A stretch of 41,413 bases of DNA from Candidatus Binatia bacterium (lineage in GTDB: Bacteria; Desulfobacterota; Binatia; UBA9968; CAXXLF01): the NCBI GenBank assembly GCA_036443615.1, contig JAZFYO010000457.1:1-41413 (forward strand), read 5' to 3'. Positions 10,344-22,500 of the stretch are shown piece after piece (the stretch's first letter is position 1; every line of letters starts with the position of its first letter). The translations under genes and the position numbers were made by a program. The notes beneath the pieces were generated by a model. The model did no database searches and was not told the origin of the DNA. It saw only the letters and a program-made list of their open reading frames with translations.

Positions 10344-10634
10344 CTATGCCCCGCCAAAGAAATCAATTTTTTCCCCTTCCTTCAGGGTCACATAGGCCTT
10401 TTTCCATTGCGGCAGGCGACCCGCTGACTTTCCCACGCGCTTAATTTTTCCCAGATATCGAACCAATCTAACCTTGATTACTCTGACTCTGAAGAGCGCC
10501 TCCACGGCTTTTTTGACCTCGATCTTATTGGCTTCCGGCAGAACCTTGAACAGTACCTGATTGGATTTCTCTCCGATTAGGGAACCCTTCTCTGTAATCA
10601 GAGGCACCTTGATGATATCCTCGGGCTCCTTCAT
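10344..10634 (-). CDS. rplW: 50S ribosomal protein L23
   Basis: 96-aa ORF with L23-type sequence (IIKVPLITEKGS...KKAYVTLKEG). It has a 4-nt overlap with rplD. Confidence 0.94.
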   Translation of the reverse strand: MKEPEDIIKVPLITEKGSLIGEKSNQVLFKVLPEANKIEVKKAVEALFRVRVIKVRLVRYLGKIKRVGKSAGRLPQWKKAYVTLKEGEKIDFFGGA

Positions 10635-11227
10635 GCCACCAGTCTCTCCTCGATGACACTAAGCGCCTGCTCCGTCAATACCAGGTGCTCGTAGCGTAGG
10701 ATGTCATATACATTAAGCCCCTCGGCACGAAGAACCTTAACGCTGCCAAGATTCCGTGCCGACCGCACTACCTTCTCGTCAGGCTCAGGAATTATAATGA
10801 GAGCACTTTTAACTCCCAAGTTCTCCAGCACTTCCCGCATGAGTTTGGTTTTGGCCTCGGCAAGCTCCAATTTATCGACGACTATGATCTTTTCATCTCG
10901 TCTCCTGAGGCTCAATGCGGAGAGCAATGCCTCCCTGCGAGCCTTCTTGGGTAGACGGTAAGAGTAATCCCTAGGCTGAGGGCCGAAAACAGTTCCCCCT
11001 CCAATCCAAATCGGTGATCGAACACTCCCCACACGAGCCCGTCCTGTCCCCTTCTGCCGCCAAGGCTTTCTCCCGCTTCCACGGACCAGCCCCCTTGTCT
11101 TGGTTGACGCCGTCCCAGATCGCCGATTGTTGAGTTGCATGATCACCATCTGATGCAGGAGGTGAGGACGAATATGGACACCGAATATGCTCTCTTGGAA
11201 CTGGGGTTGAATCACACGAACTTCCAT
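10631..11227 (-). CDS. rplD: 50S ribosomal protein L4
   Basis: 198-aa ORF with [26 protein letters not shown]. Confidence 0.96.
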   Translation of the reverse strand: MEVRVIQPQFQESIFGVHIRPHLLHQMVIMQLNNRRSGTASTKTRGLVRGSGRKPWRQKGTGRARVGSVRSPIWIGGGTVFGPQPRDYSYRLPKKARREALLSALSLRRRDEKIIVVDKLELAEAKTKLMREVLENLGVKSALIIIPEPDEKVVRSARNLGSVKVLRAEGLNVYDILRYEHLVLTEQALSVIEERLVA

Positions 11228-11229
11228 CT

Positions 11230-11865
11230 CTATTTTCCCTTGACCGCGCGCTGGACTAAGAGAATTCCTCTATTAGATCCAGGGACCCCCCCTTTTACCA
11301 GAAGGAGGTTAAACTCCGGTCGGACCTCAATAATTTCCAGATTCTGAACCGAAATCCTCTCATTACCCCAGTGACCCGCCATCTTTTTCCCCTTAAAGAC
11401 CCGACCGGGGTAGGATCGGTTACCAATCGCTCCCCCATGACGAAAGGTCTCATGGGTCCCATGTGAGGCTGGAAATCCCGCGAATCCCCAACGTTTTATA
11501 ACCCCTGCAAAGCCCCTTCCCTTTGAGGTCCCGCTGACATCGACAAGGTCCCCCGTCTTAAAAAGATCGGACAACTTAATTTCCTGTCCAACTTCGTATT
11601 GGGACACTTCTTCCATGCGAAACTCCCGTAAGATCTCAAAGGGACCCTTCCCTGCTTTTCCCATATGGCCCTGCTGCGGCTTGTTTATCCTCTGGTTTTT
11701 CCTGCGCCCAAAGCCGAGCTGTAACGCGTTATACCCGTCCTTTTGCATCTCCTTCTTCTGCACTACAACACACGGGCCGGTCTCGATCGCCGTGACAGGA
11801 ACCACGCTGCCATCGGCACCAAAAACCTGTGTCATCCTAATTTTTCTGCCAATAAGCCCTGCCAT
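11230..11865 (-). CDS. rplC: 50S ribosomal protein L3
   Basis: 211-aa ORF with GLIGRKIRMTQVF and GRGFAGVIKRWGFAG. Confidence 0.97.
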   Translation of the reverse strand: MAGLIGRKIRMTQVFGADGSVVPVTAIETGPCVVVQKKEMQKDGYNALQLGFGRRKNQRINKPQQGHMGKAGKGPFEILREFRMEEVSQYEVGQEIKLSDLFKTGDLVDVSGTSKGRGFAGVIKRWGFAGFPASHGTHETFRHGGAIGNRSYPGRVFKGKKMAGHWGNERISVQNLEIIEVRPEFNLLLVKGGVPGSNRGILLVQRAVKGK

Positions 11866-11887
11866 ATAACCTTTTAAATCCAGTACT

Positions 11888-11922
11888 CAGAAGCCAGCAC
11901 GCATTGGTTGTGCTGGCTTCTG
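11888..11922 (-). repeat. perfect 13-bp inverted repeat (stable stem-loop) in the rpsJ-rplC spacer
   Basis: On the plus strand, CAGAAGCCAGCAC (11888-11900), a 9-nt loop, then GTGCTGGCTTCTG (11910-11922). It starts 1 nt after the rpsJ stop codon. No U-tract follows on the transcribed strand. Confidence 0.7.
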
Positions 11923-11923
11923 G

Positions 11924-12232
11924 TTATTGCAATTTGATCTCTACATTCACCCCGGCAGCCAAGTCTAGTTTCCCTAGGGCATCGATAGTCTGTTGCGTAG
12001 GGTCCAAGATGTCCAAAAGCCGTTTGTGAGTGCGAATCTCAAACTGCTCTCGAGACTTTTTGTCCACGTGGGGAGAACGGTTAACTGTGAAGCGCTCAAT
12101 GCGAGTTGGCAACGGAATAGGTCCAGCGACCCTCCCCCCAGTTCTCTTTACCGTTTCGACGATCTCGCCCACCGACTGGTCTAAGATCCGAAAATCATAC
12201 GCCTTTAGCCGAATACGAATCTTCTCATTCAC
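11924..12232 (-). CDS. rpsJ: 30S ribosomal protein S10
   Basis: 102-aa ORF with [16 protein letters not shown] and the canonical S10 body. Confidence 0.97.
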   Translation of the reverse strand: MNEKIRIRLKAYDFRILDQSVGEIVETVKRTGGRVAGPIPLPTRIERFTVNRSPHVDKKSREQFEIRTHKRLLDILDPTQQTIDALGKLDLAAGVNVEIKLQ

Positions 12233-12265
12233 GTACTAATCTCCTAAGGCAATCATATCAGGTGG

Positions 12266-14347
12266 CTAGAGGCCAACCGCCTTGGCACTGATCTCCTCTG
12301 AAATTGAAGCCGGAACCTCCTCATAATGGGAAAACTGCATGGTATGCGTAGCTCTCCCTTGAGTCATCGATCGCAAATCAGTTGCGTAACCGAACATCTT
12401 TGCTAGAGGGATACGCGACTCGATCACCTGAGCTGCAGGCCTGGAGTCCATCCCTAGGATCTTTCCACGACGGGAATTGATATCCCCAATCACCTCCCCC
12501 ATATACTCTTCCGGGACCACTACTTCCACGGACATTATTGGTTCCAACAAAACGGGAGCTGCCTTTCGGACAGCATCTTTAAAGGCCATGGAGCCCGCAA
12601 CCTTAAAGGCAATCTCTGAAGAGTCCACCTCGTGGTAACTCCCATCTATGAGTGTAACTTTAACATCCACCATTGGATATCCGGCCAAGGCACCACTTTC
12701 CATCGCCCCGGAGACCCCGTTGCGCACTGCTGGAATATATTCCCGTGGAATCGAACCCCCCTTGATCGCATCAACAAACTCAAATCCCTCCCCTGGAGGC
12801 TGAGGCTCAACCCGAAGGTAGACATGACCGAATTGCCCCCGGCCGCCAGTCTGACGAACGAACTTTCCCTCCTGCTCTACCTCCTTACGGATGGTCTCTT
12901 TATAGGCCACCTGAGGCCGGCCGACACTAGCGCCAACGTTAAACTCCCTCAGAAGACGGTCCACAATAATCTCGAGGTGGAGTTCTCCCATCCCAGAAAT
13001 TATAGTCTGCCCAGTCTCCTCGTCGGTACGCACTCTAAAAGAGGGGTCCTCGGTAGCCAACTTCTGGAGCGAAACGCCGAGTCTCTCTTGATCCGCTTTC
13101 GTCTTTGGCTCAATCGCAATAGAGATTACCGGATCAGGAAACTCAATAGCTTCAAGGATTATTGGAGCGGTCTCGTCGCAGAGCGTATCACCGGTCGTCG
13201 TGTTCTTTAGCCCAATGGCTGCCGCAATATCGCCGGCACAGACCTCCTTGATCTCCTCACGCTTGTTGGCGTGCATTTTCAACAATCGACCAATCCGCTC
13301 TTTTTTCCCTTTCGTGGAATTGTAAACATAAGAACCCGCATTCAAAACACCAGAATAAACCCGAAAGAAGGTCAACGTTCCCACAAACGGATCTGTCATG
13401 ATCTTAAAGGCCAACGCTGAGAAAGGCGCCTTATCGCTCGGGGGTCGCTCTTCTTCCCGTTGAGAAACAGGATGCTTTCCCCAAACAGGCGGGATGTCAA
13501 GAGGTGATGGCAGGTAGTGAATTACTGCATCAAGAAGAGGCTGAACACCCTTGTTCCTAAAGGCAGCCCCGCATAGAACCGGCACTAATTTGAGGTTCAG
13601 GCCACCCTTTCGGATGGCTCTGCGAAGTTCGACTTCCGTAATCTCCCCTCCATCCAGGTATCTCTCCATGACGGATTCATCACAATCCGCCGCGGCCTCC
13701 AGCACTTTCTCCCGGTATTCATTCGCCTGTCCCATTAGCTCACTGGGAATTGATCCGATACGGTATTCGGCTCCAAGACTCTCCTCATCCCAGAGGATGG
13801 CCTTCATCTGCACCAAGTCAATGACCCCTTTAAAATGGTCCTCGCCTCCAATGGGCAGCTGAAGCACTAGTGGACGCGCACCAAGTCGATCCTGAATCAT
13901 CTGAACCACTCGGAAGAAATCGGCACCGACACGATCCATTTTGTTGACAAAGGCAATCCTCGGAACCTTGTACTTATCGGCCTGGCGCCAAACCGTCTCC
14001 GTTTGAGGCTCTACCCCTCCCACAGAGCAGAAGACCGCAATGGTCCCGTCAAGAACACGAAGGCATCTCTCGACTTCGATGGTAAAATCTACGTGGCCTG
14101 GAGTATCGATAATGTTGATCCGATGATCTTGCCAGAAGCAGGTGGTGGCCGCCGAAGTGATGGTGATTCCTCGCTCCTGCTCCTGCACCATCCAATCCAT
14201 AGTGGCGGTTCCTTCATCTACCTCACCGATCTTATAGTTAATCCCCGAGTAGTACAAAACTCTCTCGGTGGTGGTAGTCTTACCCGCATCAATATGGGCC
14301 ATGATGCCAATATTGCGGGTGTTGTCTAATGAAACCTTTTCTCCCAT
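12266..14347 (-). CDS. fusA: elongation factor G
   Basis: GTPase motifs [21 protein letters not shown] and NKMD, plus EF-G domains II-V. The ORF-track start at 14362 is a TTG. The first ATG (14347, [15 protein letters not shown]) is used here, and either is possible. Confidence 0.95.
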   Translation of the reverse strand: MGEKVSLDNTRNIGIMAHIDAGKTTTTERVLYYSGINYKIGEVDEGTATMDWMVQEQERGITITSAATTCFWQDHRINIIDTPGHVDFTIEVERCLRVLDGTIAVFCSVGGVEPQTETVWRQADKYKVPRIAFVNKMDRVGADFFRVVQMIQDRLGARPLVLQLPIGGEDHFKGVIDLVQMKAILWDEESLGAEYRIGSIPSELMGQANEYREKVLEAAADCDESVMERYLDGGEITEVELRRAIRKGGLNLKLVPVLCGAAFRNKGVQPLLDAVIHYLPSPLDIPPVWGKHPVSQREEERPPSDKAPFSALAFKIMTDPFVGTLTFFRVYSGVLNAGSYVYNSTKGKKERIGRLLKMHANKREEIKEVCAGDIAAAIGLKNTTTGDTLCDETAPIILEAIEFPDPVISIAIEPKTKADQERLGVSLQKLATEDPSFRVRTDEETGQTIISGMGELHLEIIVDRLLREFNVGASVGRPQVAYKETIRKEVEQEGKFVRQTGGRGQFGHVYLRVEPQPPGEGFEFVDAIKGGSIPREYIPAVRNGVSGAMESGALAGYPMVDVKVTLIDGSYHEVDSSEIAFKVAGSMAFKDAVRKAAPVLLEPIMSVEVVVPEEYMGEVIGDINSRRGKILGMDSRPAAQVIESRIPLAKMFGYATDLRSMTQGRATHTMQFSHYEEVPASISEEISAKAVGL

Positions 14348-14364
14348 AGTCCTATACAGCAAGG

Positions 14365-14393
14365 AAAAAAAGGAGGCGGTTCAACCGCCTCCT
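14365..14393 (-). terminator. intrinsic-terminator-like hairpin between rpsG and fusA
   Basis: The minus strand reads AGGAGGCGG-TTGAA-CCGCCTCCT followed by TTTTTT. This is a 9-bp GC-rich stem, a 5-nt loop and a U-tract, located between the rpsG stop (14421) and the fusA start. Confidence 0.55.
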
Positions 14394-14420
14394 TTGTCTC
14401 CTTGGAATCCTCCAGCAAAG

Positions 14421-14897
<477 letters not shown>

Positions 14898-14905
14898 TTA
14901 AATTA

Positions 14906-15277
14906 TTATTTTGGCCTCTTTGCCCCGTATTTAGACCGACTCTGACGCCGGTCCTGTACCCCAATCAAATCAAGGATCCCCCGGATGAGGTGGTATCTGA
15001 CACCAGGCAGATCTTTGACCCTACCCCCTCGAATCAAAACCATCGAGTGCTCCTGCAAGTTGTGCCCAATGCCGGGGATGTACGATGTCACCTCAATCCC
15101 GTTGGTTAGACGGACCCGGGCTACCTTCCGCAAGGCAGAGTTCGGTTTTTTCGGAGTAGAGGTGTAAACCCTCGTACACAATCCCCTTTTTTGCGGACAC
15201 CCTTGCAGGGCAGGCGCAGTATTCTTCCTACCCTGGATCACGCGACCCATCCGAACCAACTGATTTATGGTAGGCAT
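14906..15277 (-). CDS. rpsL: 30S ribosomal protein S12
   Basis: 123-aa ORF starting [12 protein letters not shown], with [19 protein letters not shown]. Confidence 0.98.
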   Translation of the reverse strand: MPTINQLVRMGRVIQGRKNTAPALQGCPQKRGLCTRVYTSTPKKPNSALRKVARVRLTNGIEVTSYIPGIGHNLQEHSMVLIRGGRVKDLPGVRYHLIRGILDLIGVQDRRQSRSKYGAKRPK

Positions 15278-15346
15278 CCTAACTCCATTCTCCAGCTAAT
15301 AGATACATCAAACTGCGCATAATTACAGCCTTTTTGTAAACCCCTT

Positions 15347-15375
15347 TATATAAGGAAAAACTCTCGTACTGTCAA
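15347..15375 (-). promoter_or_regulatory. putative sigma70-type promoter of the str operon (rpsL-rpsG-fusA)
   Basis: The minus strand reads TTGACA (15370-15375), a 17-nt spacer, then TATATA (15347-15352). This lies about 70 nt upstream of the rpsL ATG. Confidence 0.45.
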
Positions 15376-15381
15376 TACGAG
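15356..15381 (-). terminator. weak terminator-like hairpin immediately after the rpoC stop
   Basis: The minus strand reads CTCGTA-TTGACAG-TACGAG followed by AGTTTTTCC. The stem is 6-7 bp and the U-tract is short. The loop contains the -35 hexamer of the putative str promoter. Confidence 0.35.
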
Positions 15382-18300
15382 CTACGCCACCTCAGCCTCA
15401 GAAATACCCAAATCGTCAGCATCGGGCTCTTCTACCTCTAAATCTATATCAGAATACTTGGTTAATCCCGTACCTGCCGGTATCAATCTCCCCATAATCA
15501 CGTTTTCCTTGAGTCCTGTCAGGGTATCCACCTTCCCGTGAATGGCAGCGTCGGTTAGAACCTTGGTCGTCTCCTGAAATGAGGCAGCGGATATGAAGCT
15601 TCCCGTTGATAGAGAAGCCTTGGTAATTCCAAGGAGAAGGGATTCTGCAATGGCGGGCTTCCCGCCTTCTGCCATCACCTTTTGATTCTCCTCTTCGAAA
15701 CGCCACTTTTCGACCTGGTCCCCAACAAGAAATTCAGTATCACTGACTTCCTTGATGCGTACACGCCGTAGCATTTGTCTCACGATAACCTCGATGTGTT
15801 TATCGTTAATCCTCACTCCCTGGAGCCGATAGATTTCCTGAACCTCATCCACGAGGTATTTGGCCAACGCTTTTTCTCCAAGGATATTAAGGATGTCATG
15901 GGGGTTAGATGAACCCTGCATGAGCGGATCTCCCGCCTTGACTCGATCCCCCTCATGGACATTGATGTGTTTTCCCCTCTGGATCAAATATTCTCTGGGC
16001 TCTCCAACATCAGGGGTAACCATGACCTTGCGCTTCCCTTTGGTATCCTTCCCGAAAGATACTACTCCATCGATCTCGCTAATCATGGCAAACTCTTTGG
16101 GTTTTCGGGCCTCGAAGAGCTCCGCCACGCGAGGCAACCCTCCTGTGATATCCTTAGTCTTTGTAGTCTCACGCGGTATCCTGGCTACGGCATCACCCGC
16201 GGCGACCACCTGTCCCTCTTGGACACTGATATGGGCACCGACAGGCAAGAGGTAGCGGGCCTCGGTAGTCTTGGATAGCCGAGCGGTTTTTCCTGACGTA
16301 TCTTTTATGGAGATGCGGGGGCGCCTATCCAAATCCTTAAAGTCAATGATAACCTTGGTCGACAACCCAGTCCTCTCATCCACCCTCTCTTCCATCGTGA
16401 CTCCCTCGATGACGTCGCCGAACTTGACCGCTCCACTCACCTCTGTGATGATGGGAATGTTATAGGGATCCCACCCGGCGATAAGCTCCCCGGCCTTGAT
16501 CTTAGACCCATCCGTTTTCTTTATTCTTGCACCGTAGACGATGGGATAGCGTTCCCTCTCTCTCTCCCTTCCCTTATCTTTCCCTTCCGGATAATCCACG
16601 ATGCCGATCTCAGCGTTGCGGTTCATGACCACAAGGTCACCCTCATGATTGGTAACCGTGATGATGTCAATAAACTTTACAAACCCGTTGTTCCGAGCCT
16701 CCAAGGCAGTTTGCTCCGCCCTTCGGCTCGCGGTCCCCCCAATGTGAAAGGTCCGCATGGTTAGCTGGGTCCCTGGCTCACCAATGGACTGGGCAGCGAT
16801 CACACCGATCGCCTCACCTAGGTTCACCATGTGACCTCGCGCCAGATCCCGACCGTAACACATCACACAAACCCCTCGCTTCGATTGACAGGTTAATACC
16901 GAGCGGATCCTGATCCGCTCCAATCCCCCCTCCTCGATGCGTGGGAGCAGATCTTCATCGATCTCCTGGTTGGCCCGGACAATAACATCCCCGGTAAATG
17001 GATCCTTTACATCTTCCAGGGCGACTCTACCTAGCACGCGATCCCCAAGCGGTTCAATGATCTCACCCCCCTCCCTGAGAGGCGTCACTTCGATCCCGTC
17101 CAGGGTTCCACAGTTCCCTTCAGCAATGACCGAATCTTGAGCTACATCGACGAGTCTCCGGGTGAGATATCCAGAGTTAGCGGTCTTCAATGCGGTGTCC
17201 GCCAACCCCTTTCGTGCCCCATGGGTGGAAATAAAGTACTGCAGTACGGTCAGGCCCTGACGGAAATTGGCCGTGATGGGCGTCTCAATAATCTCTCCCG
17301 ATGGTTTCGCCATCAACCCTCGCATCCCGGCGAGCTGGCGAATCTGCAGGGCACTGCCCCGGGCGCCGGAATCGGCCATCATGAAGATAGGATTAAAACT
17401 CGGGACTGTAGTTTTTTCTCCCTTCTCGTTGGTGATTGTCTCGGTCCCCAGCTCACGTAGCATCTCATCAGCAATCCGATCCGTAACTTCAGCCCAAATG
17501 TCCACTACCTTATTATAGCGTTCTCCGTCCGTGATCAGACCGTTCTTGTATTGCTCTTCAATCTCTTGGACATTCGCATACGCCTTTTTGAGCAACTCTT
17601 CTTTTCCCGGAGAAACCACTATATCCTTCAGCGAGATTGAAACCCCTGCCTTAGTCGCATAATGATATCCCATGTCCTTGAGTTTATCCGCAAGGATGAC
17701 GGTAGCCTTATTGCCTGCCAATCGGTAGCTTAAGTCTATTAGGTTTCCAAGCTCCTTTTTCTTCATTACCCGGTTGACCTCTTTAAAAGGGATCACCGGA
17801 GGGATCACCTCGTAGATGAGGACTCGGCCGACAGTGGTGTCGACTCGCTCGGCACCGACCCGAACGGTAACAGAGGCCTGAAGACCTACCTCCTCCTGAT
17901 CATAGGCTATACGGACCTCCTCCGGACTGGCAAAGATTCTGCCTGTCCCTTTCGCGTTGATGCGCTCTCGAGTTAAGTAGTAGAGGCCCAAAACGATATC
18001 CTGCGTTGGAACAATAATCGGCTTTCCATTGGCTGGAGACAGAATATTATTGGTGGACATCATGAGCGCCCGCGCCTCAACCTGAGCCTCGACAGACAGA
18101 GGGACGTGGACGGCCATCTGGTCTCCATCGAAATCCGAATTGTAGGCAGCACAGACCAGGGGGTGAAGCTGAATCGCCTTACCCTCAATGAGAACGGGCT
18201 CAAAGGCCTGGATACCAAGCCGGTGGAGCGTTGGGGCCCGGTTAAGCAAGATGGGGTGTTCCCGTATCACCTCGTCCAGGATATCCCAGACCTCGGGCCG

Positions 18301-19512
18301 CTCCGTTTCCACCATCTTCCTGGCACTTTTGATGGTGGTCACATAGGCCCGCTCCTCAAGTTTGTTATAGATAAAAGGCTTGAAAAGCTCCAAGGCCATC
18401 TTCTTGGGAAGCCCGCACTGATGCAACCTCAGCTCTGGCCCAACCACAATCACGGAACGACCTGAATAATCGACTCTCTTGCCCAGGAGATTCTGACGAA
18501 ATCTTCCCGCTTTCCCTTTGAGCATGTCGCTCAGAGATTTTAAGGGCCGGCGGTTCGGGCCAGTGATCGCCCTTCCCCTGCGCCCGTTATCAAACATGGC
18601 ATCCACCGCCTCTTGCAGCATTCGTTTCTCGTTGCGGATGATGATCTCAGGGGCGCTAAGTTCCAAGAGCCTTTTAAGACGATTATTGCGATTGATCACA
18701 CGTCGGTAGAGATCGTTGAGATCTGAAGTCGCAAACCGTCCACCATCGAGAGGCACCAGGGGGCGCAAATCTGGCGGAATAACCGGAATCACCTCAAGAA
18801 TCATCCACTCAGGCCTATTCCCCGAGTTCTTAAAGGCATTGATGACCTTGAGCCGCTTGGCCACCTTCTTGCGCCGAACTTCGGAGTTGGTATCGCGCAT
18901 ATCTCGGTGCAGCTCTTCGGATAGCTTATCAATTTCCAAGGACATGAGAAGCTTTCGGATTGCACCCGCTCCCATCTCTGCGGTGAAGCTCGTCCCGTAT
19001 TCCTCTATAGCCTTTCGGTAGCGTGCCTCGGTCAGAAGTTCCTTGGTCTGCAGGGGAGTCGAACCAGGATCCACTATAATATAAGACTCAAAATAGAGGA
19101 CCTTCTCGAGATCTTTGAGCGACATATCAAGGAGGGCGGCGATGCGGCTTGGGAGACTTTTCAAAAACCAGATGTGTGCCACCGGCGTGGCCAGTTCAAT
19201 ATGACCCATCCGCTCCCGGCGAACCTTCGATTGAATGACCTCTACCCCACACTTCTCGCAAACTACGCCTCGATGGCGCATCCTTTTATACTTCCCGCAG
19301 TTGCACTCGTAATCCTTAGTCGGACCAAAGATCTTGGCGCAAAAGAGCCCGTCCCGTTCTGGTTTGAAGGTACGGTAGTTGATCGTCTCAGACTTTCTGA
19401 CCTCTCCGTGGGACCAAGAACGGATCTTTTCTGGAGAGGCAAGCGCAATTTTAATAGCGTTAAAGCTGAGCGGGTTTCTAGGCCTTTCAAAGAAACTGAA
19501 AAGTTCTTCCAT
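15382..19512 (-). CDS. rpoC: DNA-directed RNA polymerase subunit beta'
   Basis: 1376-aa ORF with the N-terminal zinc motif [23 protein letters not shown] and the catalytic [12 protein letters not shown]. Confidence 0.98.
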   Translation of the reverse strand: MEELFSFFERPRNPLSFNAIKIALASPEKIRSWSHGEVRKSETINYRTFKPERDGLFCAKIFGPTKDYECNCGKYKRMRHRGVVCEKCGVEVIQSKVRRERMGHIELATPVAHIWFLKSLPSRIAALLDMSLKDLEKVLYFESYIIVDPGSTPLQTKELLTEARYRKAIEEYGTSFTAEMGAGAIRKLLMSLEIDKLSEELHRDMRDTNSEVRRKKVAKRLKVINAFKNSGNRPEWMILEVIPVIPPDLRPLVPLDGGRFATSDLNDLYRRVINRNNRLKRLLELSAPEIIIRNEKRMLQEAVDAMFDNGRRGRAITGPNRRPLKSLSDMLKGKAGRFRQNLLGKRVDYSGRSVIVVGPELRLHQCGLPKKMALELFKPFIYNKLEERAYVTTIKSARKMVETERPEVWDILDEVIREHPILLNRAPTLHRLGIQAFEPVLIEGKAIQLHPLVCAAYNSDFDGDQMAVHVPLSVEAQVEARALMMSTNNILSPANGKPIIVPTQDIVLGLYYLTRERINAKGTGRIFASPEEVRIAYDQEEVGLQASVTVRVGAERVDTTVGRVLIYEVIPPVIPFKEVNRVMKKKELGNLIDLSYRLAGNKATVILADKLKDMGYHYATKAGVSISLKDIVVSPGKEELLKKAYANVQEIEEQYKNGLITDGERYNKVVDIWAEVTDRIADEMLRELGTETITNEKGEKTTVPSFNPIFMMADSGARGSALQIRQLAGMRGLMAKPSGEIIETPITANFRQGLTVLQYFISTHGARKGLADTALKTANSGYLTRRLVDVAQDSVIAEGNCGTLDGIEVTPLREGGEIIEPLGDRVLGRVALEDVKDPFTGDVIVRANQEIDEDLLPRIEEGGLERIRIRSVLTCQSKRGVCVMCYGRDLARGHMVNLGEAIGVIAAQSIGEPGTQLTMRTFHIGGTASRRAEQTALEARNNGFVKFIDIITVTNHEGDLVVMNRNAEIGIVDYPEGKDKGRERERERYPIVYGARIKKTDGSKIKAGELIAGWDPYNIPIITEVSGAVKFGDVIEGVTMEERVDERTGLSTKVIIDFKDLDRRPRISIKDTSGKTARLSKTTEARYLLPVGAHISVQEGQVVAAGDAVARIPRETTKTKDITGGLPRVAELFEARKPKEFAMISEIDGVVSFGKDTKGKRKVMVTPDVGEPREYLIQRGKHINVHEGDRVKAGDPLMQGSSNPHDILNILGEKALAKYLVDEVQEIYRLQGVRINDKHIEVIVRQMLRRVRIKEVSDTEFLVGDQVEKWRFEEENQKVMAEGGKPAIAESLLLGITKASLSTGSFISAASFQETTKVLTDAAIHGKVDTLTGLKENVIMGRLIPAGTGLTKYSDIDLEVEEPDADDLGISEAEVA

Positions 19513-19515
19513 AGG

Positions 19516-22500
19516 TCAAACTCCTTTTTTACCCTTATCGCTCTCAATTAGCTCAATGTCCAAGCAAAGACTTTGAAGCTCTTTGATCATGACATTGAAG
19601 GATTCCGGCAAGCCCGGCTCCAAGATATTGTCCCCCTTGAAGATTCCTTCATACATTCGTGTCCGTCCGGCCACATCATCCGACTTCACCGTGAGCATCT
19701 CTTGTAGAGTGTAAGCAGCCCCGTAACCTTCCAGGGCCCATACTTCCATCTCCCCCAAGCGCTGCCCGCCGAATTGGGCCTTTCCACCCAAAGGCTGTTG
19801 GGTCACCAGCGAATATGGTCCGGTGGAGCGGGCGTGAAGCTTGTCATCCACCAGGTGGTGGAGCTTCATTATATACATGATTCCCACCGTCACCTTCCCA
19901 TCAAATGGCTCGCCAGTTCGGCCGTCATAGAGAGTGACCTGTCCCGTTTCAGGTAGCCCTCCTTTCTTTAGGAGCTCAAAAATCTCATCCTCCCTGCTTC
20001 CATCAAACACCGGTGAGGCCAAGTGGATCCCATTGCGGTACTTTTGGGAAAGCTTGACCACATCCTGATCGTTCAGCCCTTCGATGAACTCACTAATCTC
20101 GCGTGAGCCCAAATACTCCTTGAGACGGCGGCGGAGACTATCCGTATCCGGGTGGGCCCCGTTGAGGAGTTCATCGATCTGTTTCCCGAGGCTTCGCGCT
20201 GCCCAGCCCAGATGGGCTTCCAGAATCTGCCCCACATTCATTCTCGAAGGGACACCCAAGGGATTCAAGACGATATCCACTGGAGTTCCATCTTCCATAT
20301 AAGGCATATTCTCCTCTGCCAGGATGCAGGAAATGACCCCCTTATTTCCGTGCCGCCCCGCCATTTTATCTCCAACCTGGAGTTTGCGTTTAATGGCCAC
20401 AAGAACCTTCACCATCTTGATGACCCCAGGGGGAAGCTCGTCACCACTCTTAAGCTTGTTGATCTTGTCTTGAAAACCTGTCTTGATACGGTCGATCTGC
20501 TCCGTAGTGCTCTCGACAACGCGCTTGACTTCACCCTCCACGGATTCATGATCGACGCGGATGTCTCCCCAATAAGCCCTGGGAATATGGTCCAGGTCTT
20601 CGTCGGTCAGCTCTTTCCCTTTGTTCAGAAGAACCTTTCCGTTATCATCGGTGATGCGCGCGGACACAGAACGTTCCACCAAAAGCTTCTTGAGGCGGTT
20701 CAGGGCTCCCTCGTGGATGATGCGAATCTCATCCTGCTGATCCTTCTTCAATCGGCTGATCTCCTCGTCTTCGATGACTTGGCTCCGCTCGTCCTTCCCT
20801 ATTCCCTTACGCGAGAAGATCCGCACGCTAATCGCCGTCCCTTCCACTCCAGGCGGAACCCTAAGAGAGGTGTCACGCACCTCGCCGGCCTTCTCACCGA
20901 AAATGGCCCGCAAGAGCTTTTCCTCGGGGGAAAGCTGTGTCTCTCCCTTGGGGGTGATCTTCCCCACCAGAATATTTCCAGGCACCACTTCGGCTCCAAT
21001 GCGAATGATGCCGCTATCATCGAGATCCTTTAACGACTCATCGCCGACATTGGGAATATCTCGGGTAATCTCCTCCGGACCAAGCTTGGTATCCCGGGAG
21101 ACGCATTCAAACTCCTCGATATGCACCGAGGTAAAAACATCTTCCTTGACGACACGCTCGCTGATGAGAATCGAATCTTCAAAGTTATACCCCCCCCAGG
21201 GGATGAGAGCGACCATGAGGTTACGCCCCAAGGCCAGTTCTCCCGTTTCCGTTGACGGTCCATCCGCAATGGCCTCACCAGCCTTCACGTGATCTCCAAC
21301 AAACACGACGGGCCTCTGATTAATACAGGTATTCTGATTAGAGCGCTGGAATTTCACCAGGTTATAGATATCCACACCCGTGTCCCGATGAGAACCAGAT
21401 GGGCGATCGGCCTTCATAACAATCCGGGTCGAGTCCACACTCTCCACAACCCCATCACGTTTGACAACCACCGTCGCTCCCGAGTCGCGTGCCACAATAC
21501 TTTCCATCCCGGTCCCGATTAAAGGGGCCTCCGTACGCAACAGAGGAACTGCCTGGCGTTGCATATTGGAACCCATCAGGGCGCGATTGGCATCGTCATT
21601 TTCCAGGAATGGAATGAGCGCTGCAGCAACGCTCACCAACTGGTTCGGAGAGACATCCATAAAACCCACGTCCTCACGCCGCGCCATTACGAACTCACCG
21701 CCTTTCCGTGCGGAGATAAGATCCGATGTGAAGTTTCCGCGGGCGTCAATAGGAGCGTTGGCCTGGGCAATTACATGCTCCTCCTCATCGAGAGCGGACA
21801 AATATCGGATGCGTTCTGTCACCCGCCCATTCTCCGCCTCACGGTACGGCGTCTCAATAAAACCGAACTCGTTGACCCGCGCATAGGTGGAAAGGGAGGC
21901 AATGAGTCCGATATTGGGACCCTCGGGAGTCTCGATGGGACAGACCCGCCCATAGTGGGTAGGGTGGACGTCACGGACCTCGAAGCCAGCCCGCTCCCGC
22001 GTGAGCCCTCCAGGCCCCAGGGCTGAAAGGCGCCGCTTATGAGTAATTTCGGAAAGGGGATTGGTTTGGTCCAAGAACTGGGAGAGCTGGCTGGATCCAA
22101 AGAATTCTTTCAAGGCTGCAGAAACAGGTTTATAGTTGATCAGCTCTTGAGGCATCAGGGCATCGATATCCTGAAGGCTCATCTTTTCTTTGATGGCCCT
22201 CTCCATACGTACCAATCCCATGCGAAAGTGGTTTTCCACCAACTCACCTACCGGCCGAACCCGGCGATTGCCGAGATGGTCGATATCATCCACAAACCCG
22301 TTTCCACTCCTCAGCTCAACGAGATATCGAACCACTTCGAGGATGTCCTCTTTCCGGAGCGTCCCCTGATCCAGGGGCACATTGAGCTTGAGCCGATGGT
22401 TCAGCTTCAGCCTCCCTACCTTGGATAGATCATAGCGATCAGGATTGAAGAAGAGGTTATTAAAAAAGGTCGTGGCGGTTTCCAGAGTTGGCGGGTCTCC

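Noticed and set aside
20152-21033. 293-aa plus-strand ORF, along with neighbouring plus-strand ORFs at 20774-21292, 21461-21886, 21559-22026, 22039-22428 and 22645-23043.
   Set aside because: All lie entirely antisense to rpoB, whose identity is unambiguous. Their composition is low-complexity (S/R/P/L-rich), which is typical of shadow frames opposite a long, moderately GC-rich gene.
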